From: Leucoraja erinacea
Lineage: Eukaryota
NCBI RefSeq assembly: GCF_028641065.1
Contig: NC_073413.1
Coordinates: 9,238,001-9,302,000, forward strand
Direction: 5' to 3'
DNA length: 64,000 bases
The notes under the pieces were generated by a model. The model saw only the letters and a program-made list of their open reading frames with translations, searched no databases and was not told where the DNA came from. Positions 38,001-48,590 of this stretch are shown piece by piece; the first letter of the stretch is position 1; each line of letters opens with the position of its first letter. The position numbers and the translations under genes are program-made.

Positions 38001-39833
38001 ATTCCGGGATGTATTTTGTTAAGTGTAATAACAAGGAACTGCAGATACTGGTTACCAATCCATGTTCTCCAGGGACCAGAGTTTTTTCCTCCAAGGATGT
38101 GATTTATCTGGGTGGCAACTGTTCAATACCCATCCTGGCTACCCTTGGAGGTGACACAAGGTGCTGGAGTAACTCAGCGGGTCATGGGACATCTGTGGAG
38201 GACATGGATAGGTGAGTCCATGGTAAGTCCAACAACTTGTCCATGGTTCAGATTCTGTTCTGTTATCATGGACTGGACTTTTTGGACAATTGACTTTTAT
38301 TTTTGTAGATGGCACCAAAACTAATTTCACTGTGTTGTGCATATGTGATAACAAAGAATCATTCAACCGTTGAGCAGATAGGCCAAAAGCATCCCAGCTT
38401 GGCAGCAAGCTTTACTGAGGAGCTGTTTGGATATCATTCCAGCTCAGCCCAGTGGATGAGACATGTTTCCACATGTTCTGCCCCACCCAAGTTCACCAGG
38501 CAAAACCAGTTGATCCAGATCAATGTGTATGAAAGACCTGCATAAGAAATGCAGGTTTAAATCGAAGGTGGACACTAAATGCTGTAGTAACTAGGCGGGT
38601 GAGGAAACATCTCCGGAGAGAAGGAATGGGCGACATTTCGGGTCGAGACCCGAAACGTCGCCCATTCCACTCTCCAGAGACACTGCTTTACTCCAGCATT
38701 TTGTGATCCAGATCAAATGCTGTTCTTGATTGATGTATCGCTGGGGCTGGTTGGCAGCCAGGTGTGCCTGGTTTCCTGTAATATCATTATCACAGATACC
38801 AGGGCACAGTTCATTGTCACCTGCACCGTTACGGCGAGGTGCAGGTACAACAAAAATCTTGCTTGCTGCAGCATCACGAGCACATAATTTACATATAAAA
38901 TTCTGCTAGACCTTAGAAAGAAAGACAATGCAAGAAAACAAGACATTCGTGCAAATGACTGACCCAACCTGAAATGTCACCTAACCATTCCCTCCGCAAT
39001 GACGTCTGACCTGCTCAGTTACTCCAGCACTTTGTATTGTGTCTGTAATATTTACTGCATTAGTTCCTGATTGAGTAATGACTTGATTTTAAATTATCAT
39101 CTTTGTTATCAAATCCCTCCGTTGGCTCACTACCCTCCATTGCTCTCTAACTTCCTCCAAATCTTGCAGAGGCGTGTAACCCTCCAAGATATATAATCCT
39201 GTGAGATCTACAACCCATTGGAGATCCTTTTCTTGCTGAATTACTCCACCATTTTGAGTCATCCTTTGAGATCTTCTGTGATCTACAAGCTCCCAAGTTT
39301 TATAACTTTCTGCAGTCTACACTTCCCCTGGGACCCTGGTACAACTCTCCAAGACTCCGTTTCATATCTCAGGTCCCTCATGTTATGCAATCAAGTCAAG
39401 TCCTCATATAATGAAAAGCACCCATCTGAAATGTCTTCTATCCATGTCCTCCAGAGATGCTGCCTGGACCCGCTGAGTTACTCTAGCACTTTGTGTTGTT
39501 TCTCATGCAATAATTAATCCAGTGTCCGAACAGCAGTTACTGAACAATGACAGAAGATGCAACCAGACCTTGACTTCAGGAGTTATACTTTCATTCTGTG
39601 CACGACACACATACAAAATATTTTTCTGCATCATGCAGAGAAACAGCATTAACATTTAACGTTCATGAAGGATAACCAGTCTGTTGTATCTGATTCTCTT
39701 CACGAATGCTGCCTGACTTGCCGAGTGTTTCCAGCATTTACGTTCAGATATTCAGCAGCTGCAGGATTTTTCTTTGGCTCTGCCCATCAGTCCCAGCATA
39801 ATATCGCAGTCAAAACCAAACCTGCTGCCAAGT

Positions 39834-39965
39834 TTAGGATGCTCCAAAATATTCCCTTTCAAACTTCTTAAAATCGCGCTCTGAGAATATACGAGTTTCT
39901 TCTTTCTTCACTTTCTTTAACTTTGGACGGTCCTTTGCTTTTCTGCCTCGACTGTACATCTCAAC
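39834..39965 (-). CDS. RPS19BP1: RPS19BP1 coding exon 4 (stop)
   Basis: VEMYSRGRKAKDRPKLKKVKKEETRIFSERDFKKFEREYFGAS* (compare human RGRKACDRP...VFTEEDFQKFQQEYFGS). Total 447 nt = 148 aa. Confidence 0.92.
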   Translation of the reverse strand, partial: VEMYSRGRKAKDRPKLKKVKKEETRIFSERDFKKFEREYFGAS

Positions 39966-40042
39966 CTATGAATGAGCAAGGCGCCAAGCATTATAATCAC
40001 ACAGCGATCTTGGTCACATAAACACCTTCCACTATTCCACAA

Positions 40043-40314
40043 TGGCGCAGTGGTAGAGTTGCTGTCTTACAGCGCCAAAGACCCAGGTTTGATCCCGACT
40101 ACGGGTGCTGTCTATACAGAGTTTGTACATTCTCCCCTTGACTGCGTGGGTTTTTTCCCACACTCTAAAGACGTACAGGTTTCCAGGGTAATTGGCTGGG
40201 AAAAATTGCAAATTGTCCCTGGTGTGTCGGATAGTGTTGGTGTGCGGGGATCGCTTGTCAGCACAGACCTGGTAGACCGAAGGGCCTGTTTCCGCGCTGC
40301 ATCTCTAAACTAAA
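40043..40314 (+). mobile_element. tRNA-derived SINE (HE1/V-SINE-like) in RPS19BP1 intron 3
   Basis: TGGCGCAGTGGTAGAG A box, GGTTTGATCCC B box, CTAAACTAAAC tail. Confidence 0.8.
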
Positions 40315-41929
40315 CACTAGCTGTCTGCTGGGCAGACACAACAGCAGCGTTATACTTTTCTAACACCGTTAGAAGTTAGCGTGGCAGAAGCAAAGACCAT
40401 TTACAACAGGAAAAATAATTTGAATGAGTCCCTCCTCACTATTTCACCTTAGGTATTAGAGAGAAGATTGACAAGACTGTAACTAAGTTAGTCTTAATGT
40501 AGAAATAAGGAACTGCACATACTGGTTTACAAAATAAGATACAAAGTGATGGAGTAACTCAGCGGGTGAGGCAGCTTCTCTGGAGAACAGAAGGGTCCCG
40601 GCCCAAAATGGCACCTATCCATGTTCTCCAGGGATGCTGCCTAATCCTCTGAGTTACTCCACCACTTTGTGTCCTAAGTCATAGTCTTGTTGCTCCACTA
40701 ACACACAGAAGTGCATCAGTATGAAAGATTTTAGCCGCTCAGAACAGCCTTGAATATCGAGGCAACATACTGGTAAGCGCACTAGTATATGCATGAACTT
40801 GTTTATGTTCTTAATCCAGGGAAATTGCCAATGACATTATACAGCACAGGCAGGATCAGACAACAAGCTAACTAGAGGGGTGCAAAACCAAAATTGGCAA
40901 ACCCATCACCATCTGAACATGGATAAGTGTGGAGCCAGATCACAACGATGCTGCTTCAGCCCTGATGAGGCAACTATGGAAAATGGCATGTTTGAAGTGC
41001 AGTCATTGTTGCAATGCTGCTGAGAACGGAGGGACCTGGCGGGGCGGGGAGCGCTGAGAAGCAAGACAAACCATTGGAACTACATTGAACACTTTGCAAC
41101 TTTGTCTGTGACCTAGAAGTTGCGACTCTTCGCACACTTTGTGCATGGTTGACATGTCATGTGTGATAACAAAGTACCGTTCGTCCATGTTAAAACGCGA
41201 GTCACATGCGATCAGCAATGTCTCACAAACAGCAGCGTGACAAGGGTCAAATAAATCATTTGAGGGACTTGGGTTTGGGGAAAAGTATGGTCCATAGCAC
41301 AGGGAGAATCTCTCTGCTCCGAGTAACACAGAGCAGACACATGCCCATCAGCCCAACTTGCCCATAACGACTAAGATGCATCATCTACACTAGTCCCACC
41401 TGCCTATATCCCTCTGAACCTTTCCTACGCATGTACCTACCAGATCTAAAGGATCACATGCCCCTGGTAAAGAGTACACAAGAAGGGATTAAGATTTAAC
41501 TTCAAATGGAAAGACAACCAGATCAATGTCCATTCATGATGTGCTCAAGTCTCTGGAGGAATGTTAGAACCACAACCATGAGATTCAGTGGGGAATGTCA
41601 TGATCCTCACATTAAGACTCCAATCCTAATGTATTTCCAACAGTTCAGTAACTAATTTGAGATCTATTTTTCTGTGTGGGACCTTGACCTTCCAGCGGAG
41701 TTGAGAGAAATGTGTAGGAAGGAACCGCAGATGCTGGTTTACACCGAAGATGGACACAAAATGCCAGAGTAACTCAGCGGTTCAGGCAGCATCTCTGAAG
41801 AGAAGGAACGGGTGCCGTTTCGACCTGAAAAATCACCCATTCCTTCTCTCCAAAGATGCTGCCTATCCCGTTGAGCTACTCCAGCACTTTGTGTCTATCT
41901 TCAACAGGGGATGGAGTGGAAATACAAAC

Positions 41930-42027
41930 CTTTTGAGTGATGCTGCTCTCGGTCAGCTGTTTGGACCCAAGCAAATACCGGAGGTTCTCCTCAGTATGGT
42001 CAGCGGCTTTGTTTTTCTTATACTCCT
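41930..42027 (-). CDS. RPS19BP1: RPS19BP1 coding exon 3
   Basis: EEYKKNKAADHTEENLRYLLGSKQLTESSITQK (compare human DEYRKRECRDHLRVNLKFL). Acceptor TTCACAG|, donor GTTTGT; phase 1 to 0. Confidence 0.9.
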
Positions 42028-42521
42028 CTGTGAAGGCAAACAAGACTCATAAGTTCGGAATCAGGAACTAGGACCAAGCGCTGATCCGTCGGTTGGACTG
42101 TACTCCTTCTGACATCTTTTCTCGAGAAAAGTTGTAATAAAAACACTACCCTGTGTTAATGTGTGGGGAGGATTATTGGTCGGCGTGGACTTGGTGGGCT
42201 GAAGGGTCTGCTTCCTCGCTGTATGTCTAAACTAAAAACAAACACCACCAGGGGGCAGGTTGAGTAGAGCGTGTCTGTGATGGATTTTCTGTACAGAGAG
42301 TGAAGTCACTGACTCCTTATTTGGAACATAACTCTGCAGCTGCTGGTTACTTGATCTCGAATGCGGATGAACCTTAACAACAGTGTCAGCACATGCTTCC
42401 TGATAAGAATACAGCCAGCATTATCAGGGTTGGGCAGGTTACTATGCTGTGTAAACAAACAGTGCACCTGGTGCAGTAGCTGGTTATGTAACACGATAAC
42501 CATCTCACGCTAGTAGACAAA

Positions 42522-42788
42522 GCGGCACGGTGGCGCAGCGGCAGAGTTGCTGCCTTACAGCGCCAGGGACCCAGGATCAATCCCGATTGCCGGGTGCATG
42601 TCTGTACTGAGTTTGTACGTTCTCCCTGCAACCTGCGTGGGTTTTCTCCAGGATCTCCGGTTTCCTCCCACGCTTCAAATTGTGAATTGTCCCCAGTGTG
42701 TGTGTGTGGGATAGTGTTAGTGTGCTGGGATCGCCGGTCGGCGCGGATTTGAAGGGCAGGTTTCTACACTGTATCTCTAAACTAAACT
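42522..42788 (+). mobile_element. tRNA-derived SINE abutting the RPS19BP1 exon 2 donor
   Basis: GCGGCACGGTGGCGCAGCGG head; the tail CTAAACTAAACT runs directly into TACC (the donor on the minus strand). Confidence 0.8.
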
Positions 42789-42791
42789 TAC

Positions 42792-42953
42792 CCAGTGCTG
42801 ATTTAACTATTTTCCCCTTGACGGTGGCTTTGTTTGTTTCCAACTGTCTGCGAATTCTCTCCAATTGCTTCATTCTTCCCTTCTTGGTTGTGTTGGCCAA
42901 ACGGTCAGCAGCAGGCGGTTGTCCTCGATTTGCCTTCCTGCCTGGACCTTGAA
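42792..42953 (-). CDS. RPS19BP1: RPS19BP1 coding exon 2
   Basis: VQGPGRKANRG...KATVKGKIVKSAL. Acceptor TTCCAG|, donor GTAAGT; 162 nt, phase 1 to 1. Confidence 0.88.
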
Positions 42954-44710
42954 CTGGAACACAGCAAGCAGGATGCATGGGATGACAATGAGAGAGTTGC
43001 ACTGGACTACAATATTTGGGGATCAAAGAGCAAGAGACTATACAACACTGACTTCACAGGCTGAAGGAGGGCCCCGACTTGAAACATCGTCCATCCATTC
43101 CCTCCACAGATGTTGCCTGACCCACCTGAATATGTTGCCAGGACTAGAGGGTCTGAGCTATAGGGAAAGATTGAGCAGGCTGGGACTCTGTTCCCTGGAG
43201 GGCAGGAGGATGAGGGGGTGTTCATGTCAAGATGTATAAAATCATGAGAGCAATAGATCAGCCAAATGCATTGAGTCTCTTGCCCAGAATATGTGAATTG
43301 ATAACCAGGGGACATAAGTTGAAGGGGAAAAGATTAAATAGGAATCAAGACTTTGCCTTCCATCACAGTGAGGAGGAGATTCACTGTGATGGATGTTTGT
43401 GTAAATTGTGTTGGTGTGTGTCTTAGAAACATAGAAACATGATCAGCCATGATCATATTGAATGGTGGTGCAGGCTCGAAGGGCCGAATGGCCTACTCCT
43501 GCACCTATTTTCTATGTTTTTATGTTTCTATGTTTTATGTTTAGTTTACTGCCTGACCCACTGTTTTACTTCAACACTTTGTGTTTGAAACTAAATCCTG
43601 AGCTTTATAATGGGACGTATGTGGTGGGTTTGGACGAGTTGGGCTGAAGAACTCGATTTCATGCTGTGTGGCTCCATGAGCAAATGTATGGTGGAAAAAC
43701 AAGCAAACTGAAATTGTTTTGGCTATAACTAGAATGTTAACTACGCGAGTGTTATATGGTTATATTATGAGTGCAGGCAGGTAGGACTAAGGGAAAAAAA
43801 GATGTTCGGCACGGACTTGTAGGGCCGAGATGGCCTGTTTCCGTGCTGTAATTGTTATATGTTATATGGTTATATGAGCCGATGCCGCTGCTGCTGCTGA
43901 TGCGAAGGCTGCTACTGCGGGTCTGCGGACGGCGGCACCGGGAGCCCGCGGATCCCTGGAGGGAGACCGCTTTTCGGGGCTCCTGCAACGGCGACTTCTC
44001 CCGCCCGAGTTGCGGGGTTGAAGAGCTCCTGGAGCGGGGCCTAACACCACTGCCCCGCGCGGCTTGGAATGGCCGCGGGACTCTGCGAGCGCACACCGGG
44101 GACTCCAACACCAAGACCCGGTGTGCGACCTCGCACCACCCGGCGTGGCTTTAATGGCCGCGGGACAATCTCCATCGCCAGCCGGGGGCTTTGACTTTGA
44201 CTCTGACATCGGGGGGGGGAGGGGAGTGCAGTGGAGAGATAAGTTTTTTTGGCCTTCCATCACAGCTATGTGATGGATGTTTATGTAAAATGCAATAATG
44301 TTGTGTCTGGGGTCTATTTGTGTGTAATGTATGGCTGCAGAAACGGCATTTCATTTGGACCTCCAGGGGTCCAAATGACAATTAAATAGACTATTGATTG
44401 ACTATTGAGTGGCTGAGATAGTTGAGAGAAGAGAAAAAATCTACTCCTGCATCTATTGTCTATGTTTCTACGAATCGCCGCTGTTCTCCTCCGCACCACA
44501 AGGGGGCGCTACAGCGGACCTCCACCGCGCCCCTTGCGTTGGGAGGCCAGTACTGCGTCGCCTGGCGAGGCGGCCTTTGGGGACCTGGCGCTAAATGGAG
44601 CCTTCTCCTTCTCCTTCTCCTTCTCCATCCCCCGCGGCCGCATTATCCCGACGGCACCGGCTGCCGGCTGCCGGCGCTCGAACTGAACCTTTGTGCCCGA
44701 GTTCTGTTAC

Positions 44711-44765
44711 CTTTCACATCGCCGCTCATCAGACTCAGCCCCTTCCTGAGAAGAGCCGCCGACAT
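44711..44765 (-). CDS. RPS19BP1: RPS19BP1 (AROS) coding exon 1
   Basis: Minus strand GCC ATG gives MSAALLRKGLSLMSGDVK+G, then donor GTAACA. This matches the recalled human N-terminus MSAALLRRGLELL. It sits in a CpG island at 44470-44875. Confidence 0.9.
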
Positions 44766-44918
44766 GGCGCCGCGTCTGGTCAGTCCTACTGCCGCCACCC
44801 GCGCCTGTCAGTCCTCCCAACATAGCGCCACCTGCAGCAGCGGCGGCGGCGGCGGCGGACCAACAACCCCCACTGATTAAGAAGGAACTGCAAGGTAGAA
44901 AAAAACTCAGTGGGTTGG

Positions 44919-44946
44919 CTGAAGAAGGGTCTCGACCCGAAACGTC
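44919..44946 (+). ncRNA. Minimal type I hammerhead ribozyme core (Penelope-associated)
   Basis: CTGAAGAAGGGTCTCGACCCGAAACGTC, identical core to 13072-13099. Confidence 0.65.
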
Positions 44947-45119
44947 GCCTATTTCCTTCGCTCCATAGATGCTGCCTCACCCGCTGAGTTTCTCCAGCAT
45001 TTTTGTCCACCTTCGATTTTCCAGCATCTGCAGTTCCTTCTTAAACAATAAACATAAAATAGAAGGTAGACAAAAATGCTGGAGAAACTCAGCGGGTGCA
45101 GCAGCATCTATGGAGCGAA

Positions 45120-45378
45120 ACATAGAAATTAGGTGCAGGAGTAGGCCATTCGGCCCTTCGAGCCTGCACCGCCATTGAATATGATCATGGCTGATCATCC
45201 AACTCAGTATCTCATACCTGCCTTCTCTCCATACCCCCTGATCCCCTTAGCCACAAGGGCCACATCTAACTCCCTCTTAAATATAGCCAATGAACTGGCC
45301 TCAACTACCCTCTGTGGCAGAGAGTTCCAGAGATTCACCACTCTCTGCGTGAAAAAAGTTCTTCGCATCTCGGTTCTT
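45120..45378 (-). mobile_element. CR1/HER1-like LINE 3' end
   Basis: FFTQRVVNLWNSLPQRVVEASSL; nearly identical to 33990-34250. Confidence 0.8.
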
Positions 45379-48288
45379 AAACAATAAACATAAAATAGAA
45401 GGTAGACAACAATGCTGGAGAAACTCAGCGGGTGCAGCAGCATCTATGGACCGAAGGAAATGGGTGACATTTCGGGCCGAAACCCTTCTTCAGACTGATG
45501 GGGGGTGGGGGGGAGCCCAAGGAGACAGCTCGAGGGTTAAGGAAGGGGAGGAGAAACTATAAAATAGATATTGTTTATGACACTTTATAAATATTTTTGT
45601 TTTGTTTTTTGTATGTTGTTTCACATTTGGTTTTTATTCTTTTATTCTGCTCGAAATAAATAATAAAATAAAATAAAGGTACCGCAAGATGCTTTGGTTA
45701 AACCAAAGATAGACACAAAAAGCTGGAGTAACTCAGCGGGGACAGGCAGCATCTCTGGGTGACGTTTTGAGTCGTGACCCTTCTTTAGAAAAAGGTTACA
45801 ACCCAGCAGTTTGAATATTGATTTCTCTACCTTCAAGTAACCCTTGGATTCCCTCTCTCAGTTGCACCCTTGTTCTCCGACTAGTTTAGGAGATTAGTTT
45901 AACAACATCATATATGGCATATATTGTGGACCGAAGGGCCTGTTCATATGCTGTACTGTCTCATTGAGTATAACGTAACGGTTCAATTGTTTGACGTCAC
46001 ATTTTCCATATATAGTACTTGAATATACATAGAATAATCCAGGTCAAGGGACACCAGTAATGCTCTGAGTGTTCTATTGAAAGGCCACTGACAGATGCTG
46101 CCTGACTGCTATTTCCAGCTGATTGCACTTTGATTACCACTAAGTCCACCTTCCTCAACCTCCCCAAAATTCAACAGTGGTGCAGTTGGTCGAGTGCTGC
46201 CTAACAGTGCCAGAGACCTGGGTTCAACCCTCTGACCTCAGGTGCTGTCTGTGTGGAGTTTGTACATTCCCCCTTTGACCGCGTGGATTATCCCTGGGTG
46301 TTCCGGTTTTTCCCCCGACACCCCAAAGAAGGGGAGAAGTACAAATGTGTTTACAGGACTGAATGCTGCTGCGTCAGAATTTAATTGTTCTGTTGTCAGT
46401 ACACATGGCAATTAAACACTCTCCGGGTTTGCAGAGAAGGGACTGCTAAAGGATGCAGGGTCTTGACCTAAAACATATTTTTTTGCCTCTACAGATGCTG
46501 CTTGACCCACAAGTTCTTCCAGTGTTCTGATTTTGGTTCCACAATGTAGATGCCATCTCTACAGTGCGGTGTGCCCACAGGGAACCTGTTGTCTTCAGCC
46601 ACTGTAATTAAACAAAGAGGAGCAGACACTCTGCCCATTCAATAAGATCATAGTTGAGCTTTCTCCCTCTCCTTCCATGCCCCTTGACTACCTTGTAGTT
46701 AAAATGTTTCTTAATCTCCACCTGGAATACATTCATTCCCTCTATCTCCAACGTAAAGAATCCCCAAAATTACCATTCTGAGAAAAAATGTTTTCTTGAA
46801 GTCTCTTGCTGATAAATTATTTCCTCTCAGTCCAAAGTTGCTGGCTCTTATCCTGGGACAATTCTCCTCGTTCTAGACTTTCCACTTAGGGGAAACTGCC
46901 TATATCCATCCACCATGTCAAGCTCTCAGAATGTTGCCTTGTTCAATGAAATCACCAATTATTCTTTTGAAGTATAGTGTGTGTACTTGATCTCTCCTCA
47001 CAAGCCAATTCCTGAAAGTCAGAGCAAACATCGACATGCAGTAAGTGAGGAACACTTTGTGAAGAGGAACCAATAAAGGGACACTAATAAGTGCTCAGGC
47101 ACTGTTCTTCTCTGTAGCATTCACTGTGAAGTAAATTCAGTCAGTAAGCAGACATGTCTATGATTCCTGTCTTACCTTTATTTCAATAAGTAGAGTATAA
47201 ACAAACCAAGGCACAAGCTGTTCTGTCAATTCTACAGTTTTAATCTTTTATACATTCAAAGCGGTGAAGGCTCGAGGCCAAATGGCCTCCGCCTACACCT
47301 ATTTTCTATCTGAGATTGATTCTAGGTTAGTATATTGCCCATATACTTTGGACAATATTGTTGAATATGCTTGGCAGCACTCAATGTAAAATTCGTTTGG
47401 AGGCTATTTTAACTCTTAATTTGATTAATTGGGAACGATAGGGGGTTTTACCTTATGCTAATTCATCCCAAGTATTATTGCATCTTTACAATGTCCTTTC
47501 TATCTGTTAATTTAATTACTTCCTTCCCATATCCAATATTTCTACTTTGCTGAAGGGATGTGTTCTAACATTGCTTGGAAAGGCTTAAGTTAGTGACAGG
47601 ATGGAGCCAGGATCTAAGCTAGAGTGCTGGGTAAATTCAATTCCTAGCCTGGTCTTTGAAAGCAGCTCAGAAACGTTTGCCTTTTGGCAATGTCATTTGG
47701 AAGATCGACGATATTCACTTGCATTAGATCTTCTGGCATCCTAAATTGAAAGACTTGTGTCTCATTCAGAAAGCATGGCTGTGCTCTTGAAGTACTGGTA
47801 ATTCACTGTATGACCTGACATTACTGTGCAGCTGACTTGACTGTGAACAATCTCACACGAATCACAAATCAAGGTAGTCAGGTCTGCCTCCAGGGATCTG
47901 AGTACTAAGGCTGGGGTTGTGTGATGTTTGCTATATATTCCTCTAGTGTTAGCATTTCCCCCTCAACATCTTGGGGAGGGATCACCTTGACTCTTCTCTA
48001 CCAACCCAAAAGTTTATAAACCAACTTCATAAATCCACAAGTGCGGAGGAAGATGCTATTGCTACCATGAAGAATACTACCCAAGTACTTGGCATACCCT
48101 GTTAAGAGCAGATAGAACCCTTAATGTAAGATTACAAGCTTAGTTTTAAAGATTCCTTCGTCCTAACTCTCAACTGAATAAGAGATAGTGTGCCCTAGCA
48201 ATAATTAAAACAATTGAAGAGACTCACTAATCTTTCAAAGATATCGAAGGGGAGAAGTACAATCCAAATGGTTGACGTTTCATGGTGC

Positions 48289-48590
48289 CTATTCAGTCTT
48301 CTCATTTTTCACTGAGATGATATAACTCGGGTCAGCTCTTGTGAACCATTCCACCCAGGCGCCATCGTAGACCATCACATCCTCTTTCCCGCAGAGGTAG
48401 GCAGCGAGAGCAATGTGGCAGGAAGTGACCCCAGTGCCGCACGTCCCCACCAGTGGTTTAGACAGGTCAACGTCGTGTTCTGTGAAGATGCTATTCAGCT
48501 CTTTCTCACTCTTGATTTTTAGGGTCTCCGAATCCAAGAGATCGTTGAAGGGGATATTGATGCTGCCGGGGATGTGGCCGGAATCGTAAC
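48289..48590 (-). CDS. MPST: 3-mercaptopyruvate sulfurtransferase coding exon 2 (catalytic Cys)
   Basis: GYDSGHIPGSINIPF...CGTGVTSCH...VYDGAWVEW. The loop is CG(S/T)GVT (MPST type), not CRKGVT (TST). Acceptor CTCCAG|; total 293 aa. Confidence 0.88.

Noticed and set aside
42522-42600. tRNA gene at SINE heads
   Set aside because: A/B boxes continue into SINE body and tail without a complete cloverleaf; many dispersed copies.
43752-44406. GC-rich ORFs of 100-133 aa
   Set aside because: They lie within a retroelement insertion flanked by a GAGTG duplication, with no recognisable protein similarity.
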